IMG/VR virus record: IMGVR_UViG_3300021363_000006
Coordinates: 1 to 51,891 of that record
Length of the DNA stretch: 51,891 nt
From: a virus
Lineage: Duplodnaviria; Caudoviricetes
Reading direction: 5' to 3' (one strand)
Numbering within the stretch: the stretch's first letter is position 1; each line of letters starts with the position of its first letter. The position numbers were made by a program, and so were the translations under genes. Positions 1 to 8,505 of the stretch are shown in pieces. The notes beneath the pieces are model-generated. The model searched no databases, was not told where the DNA came from, and saw only the letters and a list, made by a program, of their open reading frames with translations.

Positions 1-139
1 CGGCAAGGGGAGCGCCATACTCGTCACTGACAAGGCCGGTGTCTCTATCTTTGAGGAACGAGGCAACGAGGTCAACGCCATCTCGCCAGTTCTCCTTCGC
101 CTCAGGTAGTGTCCAGCAGCCTACGAGGTCGATCGAAAT
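1..139. repeat. Terminal direct repeat, left copy (circular assembly overlap)
   Basis: 1-139 matches 51753-51891. Positions 14-139 are identical, with mismatches at 1, 4 and 13. The terminase frame runs through the junction. Confidence 0.95.
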
Positions 140-1129
140 CTGTACGCCAGCTTCAGGGTCAGCGGCATCCCCGAAGGCCATGTCGAGGTGGTAACCCTCG
201 GGCTGCTCACGGGCCTTAAGAATCCGGATGTGCTCGCCTAGGGTAGTGAAGGCTTGGTAGTGCTCACGCCATACCCTAATCTCGTCCCAGGGCGTTACCT
301 GAAACTCAATAGCTGCCAGAGGGTTCGTGTACCCGAAGTCGAAGGCCATGTAGTTTGGCCAGGCTGGGTTGAACTTAACAGACCCTACATGCTTGGTTAC
401 ATCCCACTCAGGGTAAATCTTTCCAACAAAGCTAGAGAAGTCCGCTGCGATCTCCTGAAGGAACTGCTCGGGTCGCATTGTTTGCAGTAGCAGTTGAATT
501 TCAGGATCGTCGTACCCGCCAGGATATACAGCGTCGTTGTCCCAGCTGGGGAATCTCCAGCTTTCGTAATCGGGGAACTCAGGATCCTGTCCGAACATCC
601 AAGTGGCGTAAAGCCAGTTGAAGCCTTCAGGTGTCGTAGGGAAGTCTGCCGAGCCGCGCTTGTCCGCCAACGCTGGCCGAATGAACCTCTCCCACGTCTC
701 TTCCTTATGCTTCGCGGCCTCAGACATGATCACGTGGTCGAGAGCCTCACCCACCAGGTTCTCAGGGTGGTCAGCACTTCTGACTTCCAAGCGTGTGTGC
801 CACGGAAACTCTAGGAACATGTGGCCTTGCTTCTTGTTGTATGCCTTCTTCACTCGACTGTCACGGCCAAGTTGTTGCTTGACAATCAGGTCATCCCAGA
901 TTACCCGAAACTCCTTCTCGCCAAGGTCGTACGTAGGTCCAACAATCCAAAACGTCTTGTACGGCTCGAACAGTCGAGGCTGGAGCTCCTTGCCCGCCAT
1001 GGTGCTTTTGCCAAAGCGTCGTCCGCAGTTCGGCAGTCGAAAGCGTGCCTTGCTATTGTGGTACAACCACTGCCGAGCATGTGGCGTGTACCCAATATGC
1101 TTGAAGTACGCTTCCTTCGACCACCTCAC
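1..1129 (-). CDS. terL: Terminase large subunit, N-terminal part (continues at 51753..51448; about 477 aa in total)
   Basis: Missing from the ORF track because it runs off the edge. GTG at 1129 overlaps the upstream TAG and reads MRWSKEAYFKHIGYTPHARQWLYHNSKARFRLPNCGRRFGKSTMA (terminase Walker A GRRFGKS). It lies upstream of the portal gene. Confidence 0.92.
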   Translation of the reverse strand, partial: MRWSKEAYFKHIGYTPHARQWLYHNSKARFRLPNCGRRFGKSTMAGKELQPRLFEPYKTFWIVGPTYDLGEKEFRVIWDDLIVKQQLGRDSRVKKAYNKKQGHMFLEFPWHTRLEVRSADHPENLVGEALDHVIMSEAAKHKEETWERFIRPALADKRGSADFPTTPEGFNWLYATWMFGQDPEFPDYESWRFPSWDNDAVYPGGYDDPEIQLLLQTMRPEQFLQEIAADFSSFVGKIYPEWDVTKHVGSVKFNPAWPNYMAFDFGYTNPLAAIEFQVTPWDEIRVWREHYQAFTTLGEHIRILKAREQPEGYHLDMAFGDAADPEAGVQISIDLVGCWTLPEAKENWRDGVDLVASFLKDRDTGLVSDEYGAPLA

Positions 1130-1446
1130 TACGCTTTCACCCACTTCCCATTACGGATCCAGCCGTGGTCACCACAGGTTCGGCAAAGCAGCGACGGCTC
1201 TAAGTGTAGCGGGTCCATCGATACAACTTGCCACTTGGCCTTGTCTGAAATGTCGACGTTCTCAGGAGTGTCGAAGAGGATCGAACCCTTACACTCCGAG
1301 CCATCAGGCTTGCTGTGCCAATCGATCAGTCCTGCTCGGAGGCCGCCAGCATGGTGAGTGTAGAAGGTGTAGAACGTGATCGCATGGCCTTCGCCAATGT
1401 CTTGACGATCTGAGCCCGACCACTCTACACCTGCATGCGCCAACAC
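1129..1446 (-). CDS. Small Cys/His protein, DUF6527-like (start uncertain)
   Basis: C-terminus WQVVSMDPLHLEPSLLCRTCGDHGWIRNGKW resembles the L.PS..C..HG.I..G.W pattern. Its stop is coupled to the terL start. Confidence 0.55.
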   Translation of the reverse strand: MLAHAGVEWSGSDRQDIGEGHAITFYTFYTHHAGGLRAGLIDWHSKPDGSECKGSILFDTPENVDISDKAKWQVVSMDPLHLEPSLLCRTCGDHGWIRNGKWVKA

Positions 1447-1450
1447 CGCT

Positions 1451-1693
1451 TTACTGCAACCGCGAGTAGTACACGTTGGTCTGCGTTCGTGTCGTAGCAG
1501 CAGCCACGTCATCTACAACAGCACAGTTGTTGGAGCCAATGGAGAGCTTCAATCCAGAGTTGGTTCCCTCCGAAAGTACCCGAGCCGCCTTGGTGTTACC
1601 CTTGGCATCGCGGTACAGCACAGAGCGCCTACCCGCAGTTGCGCGCTTGCCCTTGCGAGTCGTATCAATGGTGCGGGTGTCGTAGAGCGGCAT
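1451..1693 (-). CDS. Small hypothetical protein, probable paralog of 43111..43326
   Basis: ATG at 1693 with a GAAGGGA RBS; similar to the gene downstream of the major capsid gene. Confidence 0.6.
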   Translation of the reverse strand: MPLYDTRTIDTTRKGKRATAGRRSVLYRDAKGNTKAARVLSEGTNSGLKLSIGSNNCAVVDDVAAATTRTQTNVYYSRLQ

Positions 1694-1779
1694 CTGTATC
1701 TGTCCCTTCCTTCGGAACTTTGGATTGCAGTAGACCACAGGGAGCTCGGTGGGTGGCTGCCGCGGAGATGGGGCAGCTG

Positions 1780-1902
1780 TTACTTGCCCTGACCCTTGGC
1801 GAAAGGGTTGACCTTCTTGCCAGCAGCTACCTTTTTCGCAGCACCCTTTTTGGGCTTCGGCATAGGCTTTGGTGCTGCAGCCTTCTTAGCCGGTGTAGCC
1901 AT
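1780..1902 (-). CDS. 40-aa Lys/Ala/Pro-rich basic peptide (PAKK, histone H1-like composition)
   Basis: Below the ORF-track cutoff. Reads MATPAKKAAAPKPMPKPKKGAAKKVAAGKKVNPFAKGQGK, with a GGAAGAGGA RBS right after the upstream stop. Confidence 0.7.
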   Translation of the reverse strand: MATPAKKAAAPKPMPKPKKGAAKKVAAGKKVNPFAKGQGK

Positions 1903-1917
1903 GTTGATCCTCTTCCC

Positions 1918-2283
1918 TTACTTCCTGGGCTGGGCGTTGGCCGCGTTCTCGACATCTACTTCCATCTGGCGCAACATCGCCTCGAGCGGGCTGTCTGCCC
2001 TGTGAGTATCGTCGCCGATCTTGCCAAGTACTCGGTCCACGATGTACTTGCCCGCGTCAAGCCGAAGCCGCTCCGAAGATCCGCGGATCGCAATGTCAAC
2101 CAGGGACATTGCAACCCTAGCTGAGTTCTCCCGGAACAGTCTCTGCGTCAGCGCCTCTTCGGACTCTTCAACGTGAGTAACTCTTTCCATCCGAACCGCC
2201 TCATCAAGGCGTCTCTCGTCCTCGGCGGACAACGGAACCGGCGTCCCGCTACCCCTGAACTCGGTCTCATCGTTGTCTCTCAT
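1918..2283 (-). CDS. Putative terminase small subunit
   Basis: First gene of the packaging arm; helical segment SERLRLDAGKYIVDRVLGK; TATAAT 6 nt before the ATG suggests a leaderless transcript. Confidence 0.5.
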   Translation of the reverse strand: MRDNDETEFRGSGTPVPLSAEDERRLDEAVRMERVTHVEESEEALTQRLFRENSARVAMSLVDIAIRGSSERLRLDAGKYIVDRVLGKIGDDTHRADSPLEAMLRQMEVDVENAANAQPRK

Positions 2284-2289
2284 GTTCTC

Positions 2290-2700
2290 ATTATATAGTA
2301 TCCAGCCTAGCTGACTTCCCGATCAAGGATACATTGGTAACACTATGTCTATGGCCCCTTATATAAAACAAGACGACCACTTGTGTTACGGGCTAGGCTG
2401 GTAACACCTCTCATACCCAACCTAGCATGTATCCCGTATAGGCTGGTATACCTTCAGAGCTTAACCTTGGCGCGTTAGCCCCACGGGTTCTGTGTAGGTA
2501 GGCCTCCGGACAGGTAATATAGTTAGGTATGCCTACATGTAGGTATGCGTTCCGACATGTAGGGGAGGCGACACAACCCTAAGACATGCCTAAATGATGT
2601 TGATATAGCTTAGGCATAACTTAGGCTGGATTTAGGCAGATTGTGTTGAATAGATCTTGGTAGCGCTATAAGATATAGATATAAGAAGAACGAGAGATAC
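2290..2700. promoter_or_regulatory. Divergent intergenic control region with TAGGC/GCCTA repeats
   Basis: Non-coding gap between the two arms. TTAGGC at 2610, 2621 and 2632 (11-bp period). TTGAAT-17-TAAGAT at 2646-2674 on +; TATAAT at 2295-2290 on -. Confidence 0.6.
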
Positions 2701-2915
2701 ACACAGATGGGGTTGGGATCATGAACACACTGGCCAAGCTTGCAGATGCAGTGTTGTTAAGGGTACACAACGACGGCCACCCAGGGGATGTACAGGAACC
2801 GGAAGATTGCCTTTACTGCCACCCAGAAGGGTAAGGTACCGTAACCTGGGAGCTGGTGCCAGGTTGCAGTACGTACCGGAACAAGCCGGTACGTTCTGTG
2901 ACAGGGAGACAAGCC

Positions 2916-3266
2916 ATGAGCGAGAACAGTGTTACCGAGATCGAGGTTACCGAGACCGAGGTTGTCGTGGGGGACTTCTTCACCGCGGAGACGTACAGTC
3001 CGTACGGGGTGATCAAGGCCGTGAATGCCGTCCTCAAGGCCCTAGAGATCGAGAAGGTCCTGCCGGGACCGATGGGCTACACGTACTGCAAGAAGGGGTA
3101 CATCGCCACCGTCCCGGGGAGCAACGCGAAGCTGGTCACCAGGGCAGCTGCGATCGAGTGGACCGAGAAGTACCTGGGCAAGCTGGCAGCGAAGCAGACC
3201 ATGCAGGCCGAGATCGTCGAAGAGGTTACCGAAGCTCCGGAGGCTGACCTTCACGAGGTGCTGTAA
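2916..3266 (+). CDS. Hypothetical early protein, possible HTH DNA-binding protein
   Basis: RBS GGGAG, ATG at 2916, strongly biased codons, motif LPGPMGYTYCKKGYI, followed by a hairpin. Confidence 0.6.
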   Translation: MSENSVTEIEVTETEVVVGDFFTAETYSPYGVIKAVNAVLKALEIEKVLPGPMGYTYCKKGYIATVPGSNAKLVTRAAAIEWTEKYLGKLAAKQTMQAEIVEEVTEAPEADLHEVL

Positions 3267-3292
3267 GCGGAACGGAGTGACAGAGTGACGTA

Positions 3293-3335
3293 GTAGGTAG
3301 GGGGACCTCAAGGAGGTCGAGGTCCCCCGTCCTAC
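3293..3335 (+). terminator. Hairpin / probable terminator
   Basis: GGGGACCTC...GAGGTCCCC stem flanked by GTAGG/CCTAC, just after a stop codon. Confidence 0.5.
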
Positions 3336-3488
3336 TTCATCAGTCGATGGGGTAACAGGCAGAGGGAGGTAGACGTGAAGCGTATCGATCAGCTGTTGCA
3401 GAAGTGGCCTTCACCGCTCATGGTGTTCCACTTGATCGTGGTAATCGGGATCGTCCAGATGTGCTACCTCCCGATGTAACAGAGAGAC

Positions 3489-3923
3489 ATGGGTATAGAC
3501 ATGATCCTCAAGCGTACCATCGGTGCAATCGTCGTAGGCACTTCACTCTTCGGAGGCGGAGTTGCCTACGGCGCCACCAAGAGTACCTCGTACGCACCTG
3601 CTCCGCACAAGAGTTGGGCGGGTCAGAACAAGGCCGAAGTGGCCTGCGCCGCCGAGTTGGACGACGTGTCATGGGAGTCCTGCCTCGTGAAGGGGTGGGA
3701 GAAGTACACCGGCAAGCACCTCTCCTCCTCAGAGTACGTAACGAACGGTGCCAAGGGAACCTGGTCCGTTAGCTGGTCGCACGTGGTGCTTCCCAGTGGT
3801 GGGAAGGTCATGAACAAGGCGGCGAAGGCTGTGTACAACGTTCCAGTCACGGTGTACTGCAAGGCATACAACGAGGGCGAAGGCAAGGTTGTCCTCTGCA
3901 ACAACGGCTACCGTCACGAGTAA
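3489..3923 (+). CDS. Putative secreted or membrane-anchored protein
   Basis: Signal-like N-terminus MILKRTIGAIVVGTSLFGGGVAYG; four Cys. Confidence 0.6.
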   Translation: MGIDMILKRTIGAIVVGTSLFGGGVAYGATKSTSYAPAPHKSWAGQNKAEVACAAELDDVSWESCLVKGWEKYTGKHLSSSEYVTNGAKGTWSVSWSHVVLPSGGKVMNKAAKAVYNVPVTVYCKAYNEGEGKVVLCNNGYRHE

Positions 3924-3957
3924 GAGCTGGTGAGACTCCAGTAGAGACACTGATAGG

Positions 3958-3993
3958 CTAGGCTGGTTCCCCCGAGAGGGGGAGCCTTCCTAG
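3958..3993. terminator. Hairpin between convergent genes
   Basis: GGTTCCCCC-GAGA-GGGGGAGCC stem with a GNRA loop, flanked by CTAGG/CCTAG. Confidence 0.55.
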
Positions 3994-4033
3994 GCCCTCA
4001 GCGCCTATGTACCTTCACAACTCCACAGAGCTC

Positions 4034-4378
4034 TTACTGGGAAGGAAAGTACCTCACGAGGTCGTAGTTCACATTCATGATGTAGGCTTCCCGATGGGCA
4101 AGGTCAACATCATGTCTCAGGGTGCGTTCCCTGTCCACACTATCGAGGTAGTCGGCGACAGCCTTAGGGCCTTGCGTTCGCTTCTTAGTACAGGCCTTAC
4201 AGTACCCGCCAGGCCTTCCGTACTGGGTTCCGTCCCTCTCGTACCAGATGTCCTCGACCTTGTCCAGGCCGTCACCAATCAGCTTGGCTGTGTAGTAGTC
4301 TCCGATGTACACCCAACGGTGACACATGGAGCACTCGATGGTTCCGTCTTCCTGTATGTATCTCTTCCCTCTTCCCAT
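4034..4378 (-). CDS. Counter-oriented putative zinc-binding protein
   Basis: CSMC and CKAC pairs. It has its own promoter and is the only clear - strand gene in the + arm. Confidence 0.65.
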   Translation of the reverse strand: MGRGKRYIQEDGTIECSMCHRWVYIGDYYTAKLIGDGLDKVEDIWYERDGTQYGRPGGYCKACTKKRTQGPKAVADYLDSVDRERTLRHDVDLAHREAYIMNVNYDLVRYFPSQ

Positions 4379-4384
4379 ATAATA

Positions 4385-4413
4385 AGTATAACGTAGTCAA
4401 TAGAGTTAAGCAA
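4385..4413 (-). promoter_or_regulatory. Sigma70-type promoter, probably leaderless
   Basis: TTGCTT-17 nt-TATACT, ending 6 nt before the ATG at 4378. Confidence 0.6.
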
Positions 4414-4419
4414 CGGGTT

Positions 4420-4790
4420 CACGTGATTATTCTTATTTCCTTAACAATATATTCTCTAACAAGGGGCGGTATATCTAGTATAACATGTAGTGTCGGACAG
4501 AGAGAAAGGAACAGGAAATATCAATTATAATAATATATATACTACCTTATTTATATTAACTACTATTCTGGTAACTTACATTAACGATACGTCCCTTAAC
4601 TGTCCAACTACGTCTGGAGCCAGAAAGTTACATTGTCACTTCCAGAAAGTTACATGGTCACTTAACGTCTGGGGCTAGAACATTACAGGTTCAGTAGGCA
4701 AGTAAGTGAGATACAAATCCCTAAATAAACTTAAGCTAGATTTAAGGTTTTATTAATTGATCCCGCTATATAATTAAAAGAAAAGCGCAT
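4420..4790. other. AT-rich region with 22-bp tandem repeat; candidate replication origin
   Basis: Most AT-rich stretch of the genome; CCAGAAAGTTACATKGTCACTT occurs twice at 4620-4663. Confidence 0.45.
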
Positions 4791-4818
4791 AACACAAAGA
4801 CTCAGGAAGGTAAGTGGC

Positions 4819-5097
4819 ATGAAGATCAGGCTCTCCAATGGTGAACTGCTTGAGGTAAGTTCCTCCAGAACAACTCCATCAAAGAGAAGTGTTAAGCTCA
4901 AGAGTGGTAGTCTCAAGAGGTGGAACTCCTCAAAGGTGAATGCCTCAGTTGGAGGCCGTGCCTCTGTGGTCTCTGCTACCTATGCGCCGGCTGACACTCT
5001 TCTATGTATCGTTCGACCTACTAGCTCCGGGAAGCCATTCACCTGGGACTTAGGTGGTTCTGCAAGCACAGGTTATATTGGCGGAAGAGGAATCTGA
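4819..5097 (+). CDS. Hypothetical basic protein
   Basis: ORF with an AGGAAGG RBS after the AT-rich region. Confidence 0.5.
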   Translation: MKIRLSNGELLEVSSSRTTPSKRSVKLKSGSLKRWNSSKVNASVGGRASVVSATYAPADTLLCIVRPTSSGKPFTWDLGGSASTGYIGGRGI

Positions 5098-5456
5098 GAA
5101 GGAGTGTGACTGGAATGTTCACAGAGGCAGAGATCGAGTTCCTGACCATGTTGGTAGAGGATGCTAGAAGGGAGTCTTGGGAACAGGTAGCTAGCCACTC
5201 TGATGACGTCGAAATGAAAGCGCAGACCATCGAGCGGACGGATGCTATCCTTCGCAAGCTGAAGAATGGCGAGGACTAACAATGAGACGACGAATGATGT
5301 CACTGGTGGAAGTGTACTCCGGAGAGATGACCCTGTGTACGAAGAAGCCCTGTGTACGAAGAAGCACTGCATGGCCCAAGCTAAGTGGTGGCTGGTTGTA
5401 CGAGATGACGATAACGAACAAGATGTCGACCACGCCAGATGTGAGGAGCACAGCCG

Positions 5457-5786
5457 ATGAAGCGGACTAAGTGGGAGATACTAGAAGACCGTATGCTGAA
5501 CGCTGGTGAAGCTGTAGGCTACTCTGCCTGGAGAGAGCTACGCGCCCTAGAGCGCACTCCGTTCACTGCGAATGGTACGGGCCAGTGCTCGACCTGTGGT
5601 GCTTTACTCAGCACGGAGGCCGATTTTGCCAAGCACTACCTCATCGACGACGAACGTTATCTGAACCTGGGAATGTGCCCGACCAGAACAACTGAGGGCC
5701 ACCTCAAGCACGCTCTCGACATCGCGTACGCGATGAACGAGGAGTATAACGACAACGCAGGAGTACCACTTGAGGAGGAGCAATGA
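5457..5786 (+). CDS. Hypothetical protein (CxxC...H motif)
   Basis: Part of an ATGA-coupled gene run; CSTCG...FAKH. Confidence 0.55.
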   Translation: MKRTKWEILEDRMLNAGEAVGYSAWRELRALERTPFTANGTGQCSTCGALLSTEADFAKHYLIDDERYLNLGMCPTRTTEGHLKHALDIAYAMNEEYNDNAGVPLEEEQ

Positions 5787-6019
5787 CTAGGCACATCAAG
5801 GTTACAGACACGGAGGGTAACACAGCTGAACTGACGTACGAAGAGAGTCGATACCCATCTCGTAACAGATACGACAACGACCACTCAAGGTTGATGGACA
5901 GTGAAGCCCTTCACCTCGTGCTTCTGAACAACCCAATTGGTGATCACTACACTGTGGAGTTCGACAACGCTGAGCCAGAGAAGTACAAGCACAGCTACAA
6001 GAGCCCGAGAGAACTGTAA
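5783..6019 (+). CDS. Hypothetical protein
   Basis: ATGA overlap with the upstream gene; RBS GAGGAG. Confidence 0.55.
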   Translation: MTRHIKVTDTEGNTAELTYEESRYPSRNRYDNDHSRLMDSEALHLVLLNNPIGDHYTVEFDNAEPEKYKHSYKSPREL

Positions 6020-6377
6020 GTAGTGCATGACACTCAACTTCTCGTTGAGTGTTGTGTTCAGCGTACAGTAGACCACAGGGAGGCAGGCAATGCGAGGGCA
6101 GAGACGATTGCAAGTAAGGTCGAAAGTAGCTTGGTGGTTCCTGAACATCGCCAGTTTCGTACTGGCGTTCCTGATTACCATAGCAGTCAACTGGTACTTT
6201 CTAGACAGGAGGTAAGGACATGACGATTCGAGAACTGATCGACGAGCTCGAGGGCATTGCACTCAGGGAAGCTGCAATGGGAGACCAGACTGAGGTGCTT
6301 ACATTTCACGACTGCCAGGCACCAAACGTTTTCTACTCTGAAGATGGTCGAGTGTACATCGAGCCAGGCAGCTCCTG

Positions 6378-6770
6378 ATGGTCAACGAAAGAGGGTTCGA
6401 CGAGGACGGTAACGACGACCTTACTGACGAGGAGAAGAACTACTTCCTTGATCTGTTAGGGCGGAGCAACGTTAGCTCCAACCCGAGGCCGGAGATTTGG
6501 ATCGAGAGGAACGCGATGGCTAGAAGGAACGGCATAACGTTATCGTCACATAGCTATGTGGCCATGATGCTTAGGGAGCCGGAAGAAGGAGACAGGTTCC
6601 TTAACGGGAGGCAGAAGGGAATACAGGTTCCTGTGCGGACCGCTGAGCACTGCGACCACTGTGAAACCATCTGCCCCACCAAGGCTTGTGTAGATGGTTG
6701 GAGTATCGACCACATTGTTCTGCTAGATAGGACTGTTGCAGGTCGAGGAATTAAGGAGCAGCTGGGATGA
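6378..6770 (+). CDS. Hypothetical protein
   Basis: TGATG-coupled start; CDHC...C...C. Confidence 0.55.
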   Translation: MVNERGFDEDGNDDLTDEEKNYFLDLLGRSNVSSNPRPEIWIERNAMARRNGITLSSHSYVAMMLREPEEGDRFLNGRQKGIQVPVRTAEHCDHCETICPTKACVDGWSIDHIVLLDRTVAGRGIKEQLG

Positions 6771-7327
6771 AGCAACTTCTCTACAGGCCATCTTGGCAAG
6801 GACTGCGAGTGGGCCTACTGCAGGAGAACTCTCTCAATGGTGGCTGGACTACCGAAGAGGGTGTAGAGTTCAACATCGACTGCCTTAGGCACTATGTCAA
6901 TATGGACAACCATGCCATATTGTTTCAGGCAGCAACTGAATGCCGAGCGATGGGCTACGCAATCGAACAGGAGCGTTCGCTCAGGCTGTTCAGGACGATC
7001 AACCTTTTGAACGCTACACGTATGGGTTACTCTGGTCAAGGTCTTCGAGGTACCGACCAAGACGTTATGGTTCTGGAGTACAGGAACCAGTTGCAGAAGC
7101 TCCAGACCTCTATGTACATGAGGGATCTGACAATCGTGATGCATGCCTGGGATTGGAGTGTTGTCAAGAGAGAGCTACGCAGACAGCACGACAGCCAGAG
7201 ACTACTGTTCGACCTAACGAGAAGGAACCTTATCGCAAGGTTCAACCACGCAGCGTCGTTGGATAAGGTTCGAACCAGGCCAGAGCTGGTTAAGTACCTC
7301 GACCTGATGGACTCTGTAGGTGAGTGA
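6767..7327 (+). CDS. Hypothetical protein
   Basis: ATGA overlap; RBS AAGGAG. Confidence 0.6.
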   Translation: MKQLLYRPSWQGLRVGLLQENSLNGGWTTEEGVEFNIDCLRHYVNMDNHAILFQAATECRAMGYAIEQERSLRLFRTINLLNATRMGYSGQGLRGTDQDVMVLEYRNQLQKLQTSMYMRDLTIVMHAWDWSVVKRELRRQHDSQRLLFDLTRRNLIARFNHAASLDKVRTRPELVKYLDLMDSVGE

Positions 7328-7628
7328 GCCAAAGCTGCCATGGGTAAGGATGGCTTGCTATGCTCCCTTGGCCTTAGCGTTCTGCGGACTAGGGCTACTG
7401 ATCATGGTGTACGTGGTCGAACTAATACCACTCGGCCTTCTCTGCCTGTGGTGCTCTGCATACCCATACGCGCGGTGGCTGTCGAAGAAGATACACGCTG
7501 ACATCGCGTACGCGAACAGGGATCATTCGCTCAACGAGGGACAGCCTCTTGAGTGGGACGAAGAAGATCCTGTTGACATGGAACTACTCAACATTGTTAT
7601 CAACGGAACAGGGAGAGGCTCATCATGA
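7320..7628 (+). CDS. Putative membrane protein
   Basis: Two hydrophobic N-terminal segments; overlaps both neighbours. Confidence 0.55.
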   Translation: MSEPKLPWVRMACYAPLALAFCGLGLLIMVYVVELIPLGLLCLWCSAYPYARWLSKKIHADIAYANRDHSLNEGQPLEWDEEDPVDMELLNIVINGTGRGSS

Positions 7629-7930
7629 CCGAACAAGTTGTCGAGAGTCCTACGTTCACCGACCACGCACAACCAGTGTTGTCGGCTATGATCGTTGAGT
7701 ACCTCGCGATCCATCCTGATGTCGAGTACGTTATGAACTTCTTGACGGATCTTGGGTTGAGCGACGATCTCATTCGTGACTACCTTGCCTGGCTGAATGG
7801 TGAGAGCGTCACGATCAGATTGCCTCACTCCTACCCGGCAACACTGCAAAGGACTGAGCCTCCAGTGTTCGACATCGTGGGTGGTACACCGTTCAAGCCC
7901 ACCATCAACATGTTCACTCGCCTTCGCTGA
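7625..7930 (+). CDS. Hypothetical protein
   Basis: ATGA overlap; RBS GGAGAGG. Confidence 0.55.
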   Translation: MTEQVVESPTFTDHAQPVLSAMIVEYLAIHPDVEYVMNFLTDLGLSDDLIRDYLAWLNGESVTIRLPHSYPATLQRTEPPVFDIVGGTPFKPTINMFTRLR

Positions 7931-7989
7931 TCGGACTTGCGGCGCCTACACGATGTGTAGACGCTGTTGGTTCTATCGAGGAGGAGGAA

Positions 7990-8268
7990 GTGATGGCAAG
8001 CACTACTCGGCTCGTGTGCGCCGAAAGAGGCCACAAGTGGGGCGATGAGAGTTACGTTCAGGAGAGGAACTGGAAGGGCATCAGGATCATCTGGGTGTTG
8101 CGTCTCAGGTGTGAGAGGGATGGTTGTCAACGCATTCGTGTCGATCACGTAATGCCTAAGACCTTCAAGCTCGTTGGTCGTCGCTACGAGGGCGACTACG
8201 AGAAGATGCAACGGATGACGAGGGAAGACCTTCGTCAGGACATCATCACGAGGACGGGAGTTAGGTAA
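7990..8268 (+). CDS. Hypothetical protein, possible zinc ribbon
   Basis: RBS GGAGGAGG; C...GH.W...C....C pattern. Confidence 0.55.
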   Translation: MMASTTRLVCAERGHKWGDESYVQERNWKGIRIIWVLRLRCERDGCQRIRVDHVMPKTFKLVGRRYEGDYEKMQRMTREDLRQDIITRTGVR

Positions 8269-8421
8269 TGTACACATGTTTGTGTGGAGGGTTCTACAAG
8301 TCCACAAGACAACGAACTGTCCAAAGACCCAGCTGACACCTACACAGAAGGCTAAGCGACGGGCACTCAAGAAGGGAAAGAAGAAGTAGAGACACTTCCA
8401 AAAAGAAATCAAAGTCCCATC

Positions 8422-8451
8422 TTGCGTGGCTAGAGGGGACTGCGTTATAAT
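8422..8451 (+). promoter_or_regulatory. Sigma70-type promoter
   Basis: TTGCGT-18 nt-TATAAT in an intergenic gap. Confidence 0.6.
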
Positions 8452-8505
8452 TATAAGAGAGGCAAGCATAAGGGGCTTGCTTCGAGAGACTCAAGGACAA
8501 AGACA

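Noticed and set aside
1-13. A-to-G changes as evidence of a diversity-generating retroelement
   Set aside because: No reverse transcriptase or template/variable repeat pair is visible, and the changes sit at the contig edge.
254-1379. Long + strand ORFs (254..490, 494..814, 618..1379, 821..1357)
   Set aside because: They are antisense shadows of the terminase gene and its upstream neighbour.
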